A stretch of 62,043 nt of DNA, counting the filler, from Choristocarpus tenellus KU-1152 (taxonomy: Eukaryota > Protista > Phaeophyceae): assembly GCA_964200185.2 (NCBI GenBank). It is 10 parts of 10 records of this genome, joined end to end, with 100 filler letters (N's around TTAATTAATTAA, not from the genome) between each part and the next. Parts side by side here need not be neighbours in the genome. Positions count along the whole stretch, not along the records: positions 40,013 to 58,457 come from CAXNAD020000550.1; positions 58,558 to 62,043 come from CAXNAD020019703.1; 8 more parts are not named here. One strand, 5' to 3'. The notes under the pieces were generated by a model that made no database searches, had not been told where the DNA came from, and saw only the letters and a program-made list of their open reading frames with translations. Within the stretch, counting starts at the first letter, position 1, and each line of letters opens with the position of its first letter. Both the position numbers and the translations under genes were made by a program. Shown in pieces: positions 50,343 to 62,043 of the stretch.

Positions 50343-52938
50343 GAAAAAATATATGTTTGGATTTATAGTCTCTATATCTAAGAATGAAATATATAGTACT
50401 TTTGATATAGAATAATCCCAATTACTTGTGGAAGGATTTCTTTGATGTTTACTAGTGAGAAAGGCCTTTAAACTCTCTTTCTGTGCACATCCTGAGTAGT
50501 TCATGGGCAACTCTTTGCTTACGCATACTAGTTGTCTTCCTCCTTTCCAATCCTCCACCCCCCCACCCCATGTGTGTCTATCCAGGCTTACGAGAGCACA
50601 GTGGTGGTGGGTCTAGATCGTCGAGTGGTGGTGTGGTCCCTTGTGAATGGAGAAAGGCCAGTTCTGCGCTTCAACTACTGTCACCACCAACGGCCTGTTC
50701 GCCAGTTGCAGGTGTGTCTCTCAAATAGGATAACTCAGGTCTAATACCCTTCCCCCCCCCCCCCAATTGTAGTATTTTTATTATAGTATTTTTTGCTCTG
50801 AAATAGGATCAGGCTTTTATTCATGCCAAGATACAGTACCGAGCACTCCAGAGTATGTAATAATAAGCTGATTGAGGGGTAAGGGGCATCGATTCAAGAT
50901 AGATATCCTGTATACTCTAGACTAATACAGGATAGGGAACATCTGCAATTCCACAAAAGCATAGTTGGATTTTCTGATAAGGTCATCAGAGTTGCAAGAA
51001 TGCAATGTTTCATTCCTAAATACTGTCAGGGACCATGTGTGCAAATGTTTCCAAAAATGTCTAAAAACCAATAATGCAAAGACAAAAAGTATAATGTATG
51101 AAGGGGAAGTATCTCTCTTGACTTACTGAGACTGGCCCTAATCAAAATGTGAACTTTCCGACAGAAAAATCTGGTGGAGCATAGTCAATATTGCACTATT
51201 CAAATATAAACATGTGACATTGTGACAACTCTGGAAGAGCAATTTCATATTTAGGATTTTTTTATCCTGTGTGGGTGATATTACTGTATAGTTTCAATTT
51301 ATTCAACAAAATTTGTTGTAGTCTGTTGCTAGGAACGACGCTATACGTCCTTGGCAATAGGATACATCCATACTCACCCTGCAAAGTTACCTATCCCCTC
51401 AACTTTGACATCACTTCTTGGAGTCATGGTGGTACCATAAGAACATGTTAGGGAGACTATTCTTCTGCTTTGTTCATGTATCTATTTCTATCAAGTGTGA
51501 ACAAACCATGTCACTGAAGTGTGAACATTAAAGACCTTAGAGACTGGTTTTAGGGCTTGTGGGGGAGGGTTTTAGGGGAAGAATGCAGTGAACGTCAAAT
51601 TAAAAAAAGAAATTGGCTCAACTAGAGGCACAGAAATCGATTCCTTTTTGTAGTTGAATATTTCCAGTCAAAACATGGTGTGGTTCAATAGGTACTGGTG
51701 TGTTCTAATGCTGGTACACGACAGTATATTCCTTGTCCTACATTAGCATAAGTGTATATGTTGGCATCCAGAGCAACAATTAGCCCATTTAGAGGTTGGG
51801 ATGGTAACTATCTTGGTGTGCATACCATATACATGCATGCGTGTGATACATCTCTATGTTCATAAGTTTGAAAGTGCGATGCTCATAAGGTACTTAGGGT
51901 TAGGATTTTCATCACTTTTCTGGACTGCAAATCTTGCATTCTCAGTTGTGTTCCACATGATCTGCACAACCAAGTACACTACGATCTAAACGATACATAC
52001 ATGTATACATGTATGTATACAGGTGGTTGGTCGTTGGCTTTTCACATGCTCTGGGGACTATGTGATCCGCGTCTGGGACATACAAACTGGCAAGTGTATT
52101 AGGGATATTGAGGTGAGAGTACACAGTAGGCATGGTAGTCAAAGAGTTTTTAGGTAATGTATGATTTCTGCACACCTAAAGCACACCTAAAGCACACCTA
52201 AAGCACACATACGCGTCCACGTGATTGTCTTAATAATCTCCCTATGTGCATCTGCTCTAGTGTCTGCTGCAGTTACCATAGATATTTGAAGCAATACCTA
52301 TCTTGCTGTTTGCAGGTGAAACTTGGTTGAGTGCCATCTAAGCTGTGAGACTGACTGGGATGCCTGGGCGATAAGAAGTCATGTTTTTTACCCTGTTTGT
52401 TTGACTTGCAATGTATACCTCTTGACTCCGCCAGTGTTAGTAGCTAGATTCTGCTACAGTTGTAAAGAGGCCTCTAATGCATCGATCATATGCTCATTTG
52501 TATTATTTCACTTCAACAGCTATTTCAAACACAAACTAGGTTAAGGAGCGTCCTTGCACAGTTCACAATACAAGGTACCTGCATGATAACCATCAGAATC
52601 TTTGTGGATGGCTGACCACACCTGTGTTGGTATCCCATGTGCAACCGTTGCACCAGACTACAAACCTCACCAGTGTCCCTTCCCCCTCTGTGCATGCCTG
52701 CTTGCTTGCCTTGGTGCCTTTGAACTGGTCTTGTCTTTCCACTTTGATGCTTTGACTGCCTCTCTCCCCACCTAATGGTCTGCCCCTCTTGGGCGCACAG
52801 ACGCAATCTGGTGCAGCCATAATGTTCTTCCGATTATCCGGACTGAGTCTGTTCACAACCAGCCTCTTCAATCCCAGTGTGCTCATATCCGGCTTCCTAA
52901 CAAAAGAGCACCTTTACTGGCCAGCCTCTTCAATCTGA
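41286..52938 (+). CDS. F-box/WD40-repeat protein, 12 exons, ~751 aa: 41286-41418, 41952-42133, 42517-42760, 43264-43319, 44073-44152, 44812-45804, 48277-48340, 49494-49550, 50041-50133, 50586-50711, 52023-52112, 52801-52938
   Basis: F-box FASLPDVLLLEISGYL...LGRCSCTCQTLWRVCSNELLW. WD repeats ITVWD, LFTASDDCSAMAWD, GGHTKTVTCL...LVTGSADSRVLIWE and LFTCSGDYVIRVWD. All junctions are GT-AG and in phase. The start and last exon are less certain. Confidence 0.9.
46851..46898. repeat. (GATACAT)n 7-bp microsatellite
   Basis: About 7 units. Confidence 0.9.
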
Positions 52939-54606
52939 ATGTGCTCATAACCTGTGTATTAGCAAGAAGAGTCTTTGCAGTCTTAGGTAGCAGGATTTAA
53001 CGATCTGCTGCCCCATAATGGAATTCCACTTACCCAATCTGTTCTCTTGGTTTGAGAGATCTGGATTGAAGGAAATATCTATATGTTTGTATCTTGTGGC
53101 AGTACACTTTAAGAGTCTTCCCAATTTGAGTAGCATGGTGAAGGAGGCAAGGGAAGGGCTTGTAGTGTTCAGGGTTCCTTATTGTGTTGATGGTTTTAAG
53201 CATTCAATATTTTTCATTATTTGTATGCCAGGGGAGGAGGGAGAGAGAGGAAGTGGGTCCAGAGCAGGTCAATACTTTTATGTTTGTGTTGCTGTTGTGT
53301 GAAAACCTTGTGTATGTATTGAATCTGATGTTCATATGAGACTTTTTTTAGACTGGGGGAGGTGTGATCCTCAAACAGGTGAGGGAGCAAGCAGAGTGTG
53401 TTATTGAACATGCCTGTGTTGACTGGCAGTGTGGCAGGTGTATTATTTTGCTTTTGGGGGTTGAGGGGAATGGGATGGTAGCAGATAGGTGGATGAGGGT
53501 TTTGTTGTGTATATAAACAGGCGTCAGCACCAGAGTAGTTTTATTTATTTGATTATTATGTCCTGTGTTCTGACTTGTGCCCAGGAAGAGGCTATAGATG
53601 GCAGTGGTAGTGGTAAGGTCATGGCCATGGCAATGCCCATGAATGTATTTTGTAAGATACGTATACTTAAGAGGTAGCACAATGCACAGGTGAAAAGGGT
53701 GATTCGTAAGTCAGTAGGTTCCTTGAGCAGACCTATGATCTTTTGTGTATGGTTTGGTTCAGCAGTCCTAGTGGTGGCACACATCTCAAAGGATGTGTGT
53801 ACTCAAGGATTCAAATCTGTGTAGAGTATGGAAATGTGATTTTGTGTGGTTGATTGTATGACTGACTGTTTTGACCTGTATTTTTTTTCAAAGGGATTCA
53901 AGGTGTTGATAAGACCAACTATTGAGTGACGTGGTTATATACATGAGCCCAAAATATCTGTCTGGGAGAGGGGTGGGAGAGCTGAACCCGTGTTGTTTGT
54001 CAATGTTTGGGTGTGTGGATGAGATGAAAGGTTCATTTCAATGGAGGTGGAGGAACTGTGGAAAGGGGCTTGACTCACTGAACTGCTCAGAGGGCAAACT
54101 AATTGACAGATCTGTTGTATTGTTTTTGTTGATGGTTTGGTGCAGAATCTTCACAAGTCTGAGGATTTTTATGTGTTCTGCTTGCTTCTGGTGGGTGTGT
54201 CGAACATGCTCTCTTTGTGTGTCTACCACGAAACTGTTTCCTACTTAGACAATGTAGAGTTCCATCAGCACAACATTGCAGGTTTAGCTACCTATATTTT
54301 GTGATCACAGTTTGTAAGTAGGACTACCACAACGACAGCTAGAAGAAAGCTGTTGGGTTTATATTGTTGTCCGTCTGTGCAGAGACCACCTCTATGCCAC
54401 ACTACACAGACACTGCATTTACCCTTCACACTATTGTTGTTTTCACAATACACAACAGTAACAACAGATTACATTTTCTTATGGATGAATCACTTCTACT
54501 TCGGGCTATGTCCTTGCATTTTATTTAACATCACTGACCGCCACCCCGCATTACCAAATCACCAAAAGCTGTATATATTCCTTCCTTAGTTGGTTGCACT
54601 TGTCGT

Positions 54607-54826
54607 AAGACAAAGTAAACAAGAGATACTCAGTTGTTGGTTGTTTGCATGTCAAATCTGTTTTCAATCTTTTGCAATTCACCCATATTTCTATGGATGA
54701 ACTTCAAAGCTTGACTTAGAGCGTTATTTCTCTATTGTTTTAAACTGTTCCAACACAAATCAGAAAGTATCCTGTACATATTTGTAAAAGAAAACAGTTT
54801 TGGATACCTCTTGTTTACTTTGACTC
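54607..54826. mobile_element. MITE family B, internally shortened
   Basis: TIRs present, flanks CGT and TGT. Confidence 0.7.
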
Positions 54827-55020
54827 TGTGGCATACATACATATATGGTTTCACAGCAGTTGCACAACATGATTGCAGTGTGCAAGGGGGGGGGGATTTT
54901 GATTAGTGTGTAGTGGTTTGGTGCAAGATACAATGATGCTCAAAAACAATTGCTCCACCAATATTCAGTCCTTGTGAGGTTCCCTTCTTAACAATCCCTC
55001 TAATTTAGATTTTTTTTGTT

Positions 55021-55275
55021 GAATCAAAGTAAACTAGAGGTACCCGGGTTTGTCCGTTTTGCGATTTAAGCCAGTTTTTCAATCTATAGCAATTTATCCA
55101 TACTTACATAGATGAAGTGTTAATTTTGACTTGATAGTGTTGATTTATCTATTTTTGAAACTTTCCTACATAATTCAGAAAATATCCTACATGCATTTGA
55201 AAAGAAGTCAGATTTGTACATATTTGTAAGCATCCTTAAAATGAAACTCTGGGTACCTCTCATTTAGTTTGACTC
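55021..55275. mobile_element. MITE family B
   Basis: TIR GAATCAAAGTAAACTAGAGGTACCC / GGGTACCTCTCATTTAGTTTGACTC, flanks GTT and GCT. Confidence 0.8.
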
Positions 55276-56014
55276 GCTAGTTCATCATTTACATCTTGAC
55301 ATCTATATTTTGATTGATTGAATATGCAATGCTCTCGTATATTATACTTCAAAGTATTATTATTATGCCCACTAATATGTTGCACGGACTGCCATCAAAG
55401 AAAAAAGATCATGCATAAAATAGGTACTATTTCAAAGGCATATCAGGGAATAAGGCATGCCATTTTGGCATGACACAATTGTCATTCTCAATCTTGTACT
55501 AAAAAGGCATGTATTGGGTAATATTGGGAAGAGGTGCCTTCATGTTGACAGAAGACGTGCCATACCAAGGAGGTGAGAACTCGGTTTGTGATCATAGACC
55601 AGAGCAGTGCCCTTCCCATGTACATCCTGCACACTTTGACCATGCTGTGTGCAGTCTTATTCCTGCCACCACACCAGGACCATCACACTTCATTTGGGCA
55701 TAAATGTAGGTGTAGACACTGTTAATACCTTAATCGAATTTGTGGCACCATGGACCCCGATGGGGACAATGATATGAAGAGAGTGTGCCTTGAAAGCCAC
55801 AGACAAGGGGACCAGTGATAATGAGCCCATTGTTGAACCAAGGACTCATCTACTCCAACTGGAAATGGCCTTCCTGTTGCTGACAAATTACAGCTGTCTG
55901 CGACGGGGTCAGATTTTGGAGAACAACATCCTGCCAATAAGGTTGGGAGAGGTGTGTTGTGCAGTATGGCAAAGTGCAAGGGGAAGCATAAGTCCTGTCA
56001 CGTGGCACCAATAA

Positions 56015-57003
56015 TGGAAAAGGTTGTCTTTCGCTGAGAAAGGTGAAGTGCTGGACTTACAAACTGGACACAATATGAACCGAGTCAGCATAGCGGAGCA
56101 ATTCGGTTTTGGTATGAGAACCATTGAACAAATTGGAACGAGCAACAAAGAGCTTCAGAAGCAGTTTTTGTAAGTCTAAAGGGTGGTTAGGAAACCACAG
56201 CACCCAGAGGTAAGCTTTTTGCCTGCTATATGTGCATGTTTGTGGTACTGCTGTTTGCACAACTATTACAGTGTTTTTACTGTGGGATTGCTGTCCAACT
56301 GCCACTATGCCCAATGTTAAGATACGCATTACTATTCCAACAAACAAATTGCTGAAAACCTTTGTGTTCCTCTTCCTAGGATCAAGTGAATGGCATGATC
56401 ACAGCGTTTGTGTGGAGGAGGCTAGGCGAGTTTATCTGCCAATGTACTCAAGACACCATCATGTCATTTGGTCTCAAGACTAAGAACTTCTTTCCAAATT
56501 GCTACCCTGTGCAAATATCAAGGGGGAGGGAGACTGTGAGTTTGGTTTGGTAGAGGTAACACATGTAAGGCCTGTGAGCTTCTGGACAACACCAGCATCA
56601 CTACCTCTCAGTAATGACTAAAACTGGAAGACCACGAGGATGTAGTTGAGGCCTTGGCAGAAGACGTATGGGATGAGGTACTGGTGAACGTAGCCTGTTC
56701 TGCAAGCACTACTAGTACGACTGATGCGGAAGGGGGTGAATCAGAAGGCTTGACCGCAACAGAGGTTTGGTGGTGATCATGGCGATGGAGGAGCAAGCCT
56801 TCCATCACCTAACTCCCTTTGTGCAAGTTTTGCCACACTTTCTTGATTTGGAGGCAAGGGCTAGAGAGGATGGATTAGATCGGTCCTACACACTTCTACA
56901 CTTGAGTTTTTTTAGTGTTTACGCTTCGAGACCTGAGATGCAGAGAGATATCACACATTTCTTTGAAAAAGCATTACAAGGACACAACGTTACACCTGAG
57001 TGA
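56015..57003 (+). pseudogene. pogo/Tigger-like transposase relic with no recognisable DDE core
   Basis: CENP-B/psq-type HTH WKRLSFAEKGEVL...RVSIAEQFGFGMRTIEQI and a C-terminal PIP-box-like QRDITHFF. Confidence 0.6.
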
Positions 57004-58984
57004 ATAATACCAGTCGTGAACATGTGAACCATGTATGTTCATGATGCCATTATTTAGACCCTTCACAGGCAGCAGGTTTTGGAAAAAATGGTCTATTTTG
57101 AGGTATGTCAGACCTGAATTGACGACACATCCACACATTGGATAATTCAACTCCGATTTGTTGCGTCAAATCAATTTCCGATAAATTAATGGCTGTTTCT
57201 GTGATAAATGTGAGTTACGCATGTTGATCCACATCCTCACATATCAAATAGTTAGGAGTTCATTCTTTCCTTTGTGGATTGGAATAATTTTAGTTGATAT
57301 TTCTCAGATTGGTCCCACAACAACAAGATGAAATGTTGACAAATCAATATGTTGTGATTTGCACAACTTACTTGTGTTTACATGGAGGGGCAAATCATTG
57401 TGGAGGGATTCAAATCAATGTGTTTGTACCATGGAACCCTTTGGACATATTTTACAGGTACGTGAGTGTTAAGTACAAATATTTGTACGTGTATAATCCA
57501 GAAATGAATGAGTGATACAATAAACATTTATACACTTTTTTTTTGTTGATGGGGTAGTGGTACGACAAGTGTTTATTTGTACATATTTCGCAGAGAAAAA
57601 TTAGCACCAAAATATGTTCTTAAAATAATTTTTTCTGTGACATCTTAGTGATGTGTAAAACATACATATATGTGGTTTCCACGCATTGTCTTATAGTATT
57701 CTTATGTTTAGGACATTTTATATACACATATGTATATCCCTGACACATCTGCAAAATGTCAGAGGGCATAATAATATAATACATACATATGATATATTAT
57801 TATACCAACAAATATTTGCTCGTGTTTTTATCACAAAAGTGGTGGTACCAAAACGCAAAATGTGAGCACTGAGAATCAATATACGAGGTAAGATACGGGT
57901 ACATGTTTTCAGCAAATAAAAGTTAAGGGACACCAACATGACACTCTATACACTCCATGTTACCCACAACCCTACTAGGGCTTCCACAATGTGTTGTTTA
58001 CTCCTTATTTCATTGTGTTGATGCTCTGGAAGTTAGTATAGAAGGGGGGTGATTTTTTTGTGCGACCCACAGAACAAGGGAACGAAGTTGAGAATGTAAT
58101 AATGGTAATACAGTAACCCAAGATTTCTACACAAATATTTGTTCCTATTAAACTACAACGTAAGATTTCTAGATGATTCTTTCCTCTTAAATCACAGCGT
58201 AAGATTTGTAGAAAAAGATGAGGTAGGGACAGATCACCAACACAACATTGTCTTCTCTCGACACATAAGGACAAATCATTTATGCATGCTGATAAATGGT
58301 GAGTGATATCTACAAATCATGTGTACATTGTAATCAGGAGGATTATGTCGACAGATAGCCTCTCACCAAAATTGAGGATGGAGCATGCTATGGATGATGG
58401 GTTTGACCCAAAAATGGTGCGCGGAAAGTGTCCATACGTTTTTTTTTGTAAATGTTGNNNNNNNNNNNNNNNNNNNNNNNNNNNNNNNNNNNNNNNNNNN
58501 NTTAATTAATTAANNNNNNNNNNNNNNNNNNNNNNNNNNNNNNNNNNNNNNNNNNNNCTCGTTCCTGCCTCCAACATGTGTCACTGTCGTAAGCTACAGA
58601 CAGGCTGGAGTCCTCGACAATGACTTCTTTCAAACTATTTCGCCCCGCAGGCCGATTCCACTAGACACGTTAACCACGTCAACCGTATCGTTTGCTCTGC
58701 TCAAATGACATGCTATTGTTCTTCCATTACACTTTCCAATTTTTTACATCACCATCATTCCCTCCTTTCCTCAAAAACATTCTCCGCTGTGTCCACCACC
58801 AGATTCTCGAGAAGAAATCGACGCTACGCGCTTAACTCACCACCTGGGATGGGAAATACCAGAATGTCCTCAACCAGGTCAACCTCCATCATGTCTACAG
58901 CGGGCGGGGCGGTGATGGTGGCGGCGCCGACATCGAGAGCAACAACGGATCGGCAGCAGATGACGGGGGGAAAGAAGACGAGGG

Positions 58985-59118
58985 AGGGTACGAACACAAA
59001 GGAGGGGACGAAGACGTTGGAGGGGACGAACACGAAGGAGGGGAAGAACACGAAGGAGGGGACGAACACGAAGGAGGGGATGAACACGAAGGAGGGGATG
59101 AACACAAAGGAGGGGACG
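58985..59118. repeat. 18-bp minisatellite (GAAGGAGGGGACGAACAC), about 7 units, reading EGGDEH on +
   Basis: Visible degenerate tandem units. Confidence 0.92.
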
Positions 59119-61431
59119 GACTGCCAGGCAGGGAGGATACGGGCGAGGGGGGTTCTGTCGACAGCGTTCCTGGTGCAAAAGAAGAAAAAAACGGTCATGG
59201 AGGGTGGAATGCGGGCGTTTGCTGTACTGAATGCAATCCTCCACTTACGGCTCGGTGAGTAATGCAGTTCTAATGGTGCACACGTGGATGGCAGGTAATT
59301 AATGGCGTAAGATTGGTGTTCATCCGAACGCCCGAATGGCTAACTAAGTTGTCTTGCTTCAGCAATGCACGCCACTACACCAATGGATGTCGCGGGGTCC
59401 CTCTGTGTGTGGTGCTGCGGTCGCTACCCCCAGGCCTCTTTGTTTGCCACAGCCCGAGTGTGTTAGTGCAAGTCCCTCATCACCTGGCGCAAGTGTGGGT
59501 GTTGGTCACCTCTTCGTCCTTGAGGAGTCTTGGCTTGGTGGCGATGGACACTATGGCAAGCTTTGGCGCGTTGCGGAAGGTGAAGTCTTTCAGGCCGTCT
59601 AAGGGTAGCGTCGGGTCAAGAGGGTGAAGGTCGTGTAGTGCAGTGTTCTCAGTCCTAGTTGGACATCATGACACATGACCCAGTACACAGACAGCACGAT
59701 GAAAAGGACAGCATCGTAAACAACGGTGCAGGCAATTGTATCAATAAGTGAGGACCTGATAATATTTTCCCGGCATCCCCAAAATGTTAAGCCGTACCCT
59801 CCACAACGCCAAGCCCATCAGATACATCTCGTGGAAGGAGGGGAGACACCAAACAGGTAAGTTCCATGGCCCATGGAAACCTCCCAAAAAAAGTCATACC
59901 GAACACACAAAGGACGAGCAATCCAAATGACGTACAACCAGCCGAGACCCACGTGCAAACCAACGCGAAACCGAACACGCAGAGACGACTTGAATGTCCA
60001 TATAATGTGCAACCACGCCGAGACCCACATGCACTTCTCCATGTCCACCGTTTCGCCGCGTGAGGGGGGACATAAAAGGCTTTGCCTGCTGGTTGACCCG
60101 CCCGCGCTCCTTGCTTTACGTTTACCCTTACCCTTGCCCCTGCCCCGACCCACCGCTGCGTTCCCCATCGGTCCAGTCCCTTCACTGCCCTCCTGTGCCA
60201 TGGGGCAATCGATACACAATCAATCCTTGTGCCTCTCGTCACCCACAATCTCCACATTGGCACATTCGCCCATGTGCGAGATGGAGCACCTTGGGCAGGA
60301 ATACCTGCTGCGCGTGGCATCGAACGAGAGCGCCAAACAGACAGAACAGCATTTTTTCCGCATCACTAACTGCGCACAACAATGCAACGCGGGGATCCAC
60401 GGCTACGAAGGACCACCAAATTGGCGGCACAAAACAATACGAACTACAGGTGAGATACAACAGTCAGTTGCCACATGCAGGTGAAGATACATCCTCAGGG
60501 CACCATCGCGCTAATTGTGCCCCACCCGTGGGCCGTGCGATCACACCGCCTACACGGTGTATTGCGGGACACTATTGCAATCCGTCATGGCCGTTATCAG
60601 TCCGCCCGTGTCTCGATCGGAAATGGTGTCGGCCATTCAAGAAATGCAGATTCTGTCGTGTGTCTTTTTTTTTCGTTTTCCCCATGTTGTTTCATCTTCT
60701 TCGTACCTTGTATTTCCTTTTGTGTCTTTTGCTCTTCCCCCCCGTGTCCTCCGTAGTTCTTTGTTTGATTGTCTGTGAATCGCATGCTGGTGTTACTTGT
60801 CTTCACTACTTTTTTTTGCCGTCTTTCCTTCTATTTCAGAATTTCCTGCTGTTTGCATTTTTGCATTTGTTATTTGGCTTGCGTTCCACCCTCGTTGTAC
60901 TATTGTTATGTTAGTGGTATGAGATTTTATGAAGCTCAACGATACCGTACTTGTGTGCTGTCTCTGTCAAGTTTGACGCATGCCAGACCCACGCGCTGCT
61001 CCCACCTTCTCTTCATTCAGGGGCTCTTATGGCATCGAAGGTGGGCTTGGTTGTGGAAGCTCATTCCCTGCATATAATATACAAGACGAGGGGGGGGGTG
61101 CCCTCTCGCTGGAACTGATAACCATCTCAGATGTCACCAGGACATGATTCTTCTCGCACACAACGATGGGCAGAGTTCACGTGCAACAAGAGAGTCACCG
61201 TCGACAACATCTTTGGCCAAGGGAGTGATCCATCTCCGTGCTCCAAACCATGTGTGACGTCGAGTACCAAGGTGCTGCAACGGACATCCCCATGAGGGGC
61301 CTCTACTTCCTCATTAATAGGTTCGTTAATTACGTCACACAAGCCCTTCTTCACGGGAGCAACGACTTTTTTTGTATAGGTGTAGATCATCATTAAACAG
61401 TAACGCAACAAGCTGGGTGACGGTTCAGGGG

Positions 61432-61522
61432 CGTCAAACCGTACCATGAGTGTGTTTCCCTGAATCAGTACGTTACACGTCAAACCGCACCAAGAGTGTG
61501 TTGCCCTGAATCAGTACGTTAC
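61432..61522. repeat. 46-bp tandem duplication
   Basis: CGTCAAACCG(T/C)ACCA(T/A)GAGTGTGTT(T/G)CCCTGAATCAGTACGTTAC twice. Confidence 0.9.
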
Positions 61523-62043
61523 TCATAATTTGCCATATGATGAATCCGCGCGCAATACAATGTACTCCTCGGGATAATTTTCTACTCGCCCTCCTATGAT
61601 AGGTAAGCGAATACTGGGGACACCGTCGTCTCCTTCAGCGCAGAGAGGCACAACGTGACGGAGGCGGCCCTTGAACGGAGTAGGAGGGTGGAGGTGTTTG
61701 TGTCCAACACGGTGTCAAAGGACGATGTGAAAAAGAAGATGGAGACCTCCTTCAGTCGAGCCTACAAGGACGGCAAGTGTAAGGTAATAAGGGTGTGCTG
61801 GCTTTTTTCCATTTCTTTCCAACTTCTTGTCTATCTTTGTTCGCTATGGATAGGTGTCGGGTGTGCGGTTGTGGTAGTGATGTTTCCATGTCCATGTTTA
61901 CACGTTGCTAACATGGTGCACGCAGTGACCCACACCTCAAACGGAAATCACGAGACCCCACGACTTTGTGTGTGAGTGTCAGTACGTCGTAATATCTTCC
62001 TTCCCCACACGAAAAAAAAAAACGTGCTGCGGTACACCCCCAA

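Larger units (their letters stand above)
58640..61783 (+). other. Fragments of an unidentified spliced gene or element, probably disrupted
   Basis: Several AG...GT-bounded GC-rich segments (e.g. 61639-61783, AERHNVTEAALERSRRVEVFV...). One segment has an in-frame stop and another an apparent frameshift. No family recognised. Confidence 0.35.

Noticed and set aside
16965-52938. Functional clustering of metacaspase, ABCB, SNF2-like and F-box genes as a defence or cell-death island
   Set aside because: Each gene lies on a different contig, so their adjacency is an artefact of concatenation
58985-59118. CRISPR-like array
   Set aside because: Head-to-tail 18-bp units with no unique spacers, no cas genes, eukaryotic context

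Overview
This is not prokaryotic DNA and not one continuous locus. It is ten separate contigs of an intron-rich eukaryote joined by nine artificial 100-bp spacers (N44-TTAATTAATTAA-N44), so adjacency across a spacer means nothing. GT-AG introns, short exons and interstitial TTAGGG arrays fit a stramenopile, possibly an early-diverging brown alga (inference only). Splicing by hand gives one apparently complete 12-exon F-box/WD40 gene (41286-52938). It also gives partial genes for a metacaspase, an ABCB transporter nucleotide-binding domain, a SNF2-like protein with a SAP domain, a TMEM168-like membrane protein and a coiled-coil protein. Most of the rest is decayed mobile DNA: a full-length plant-type mariner, Harbinger, hAT, pogo, Plavaka-like and Copia relics, about five Tourist-like MITE families with shared termini and 3-bp TSDs, and about 11 3' ends of an RLE-type LINE. 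The most unusual structure is a 380-bp insertion at 24374-24753. It consists of a single LTR, a 51-nt copy of the mature tRNA-Ser 3' half including CCA, and a duplicated 17-bp LTR tip, bounded by TGTGA...TCACA and a 4-bp TSD. Most ORFs in the supplied track are spurious.
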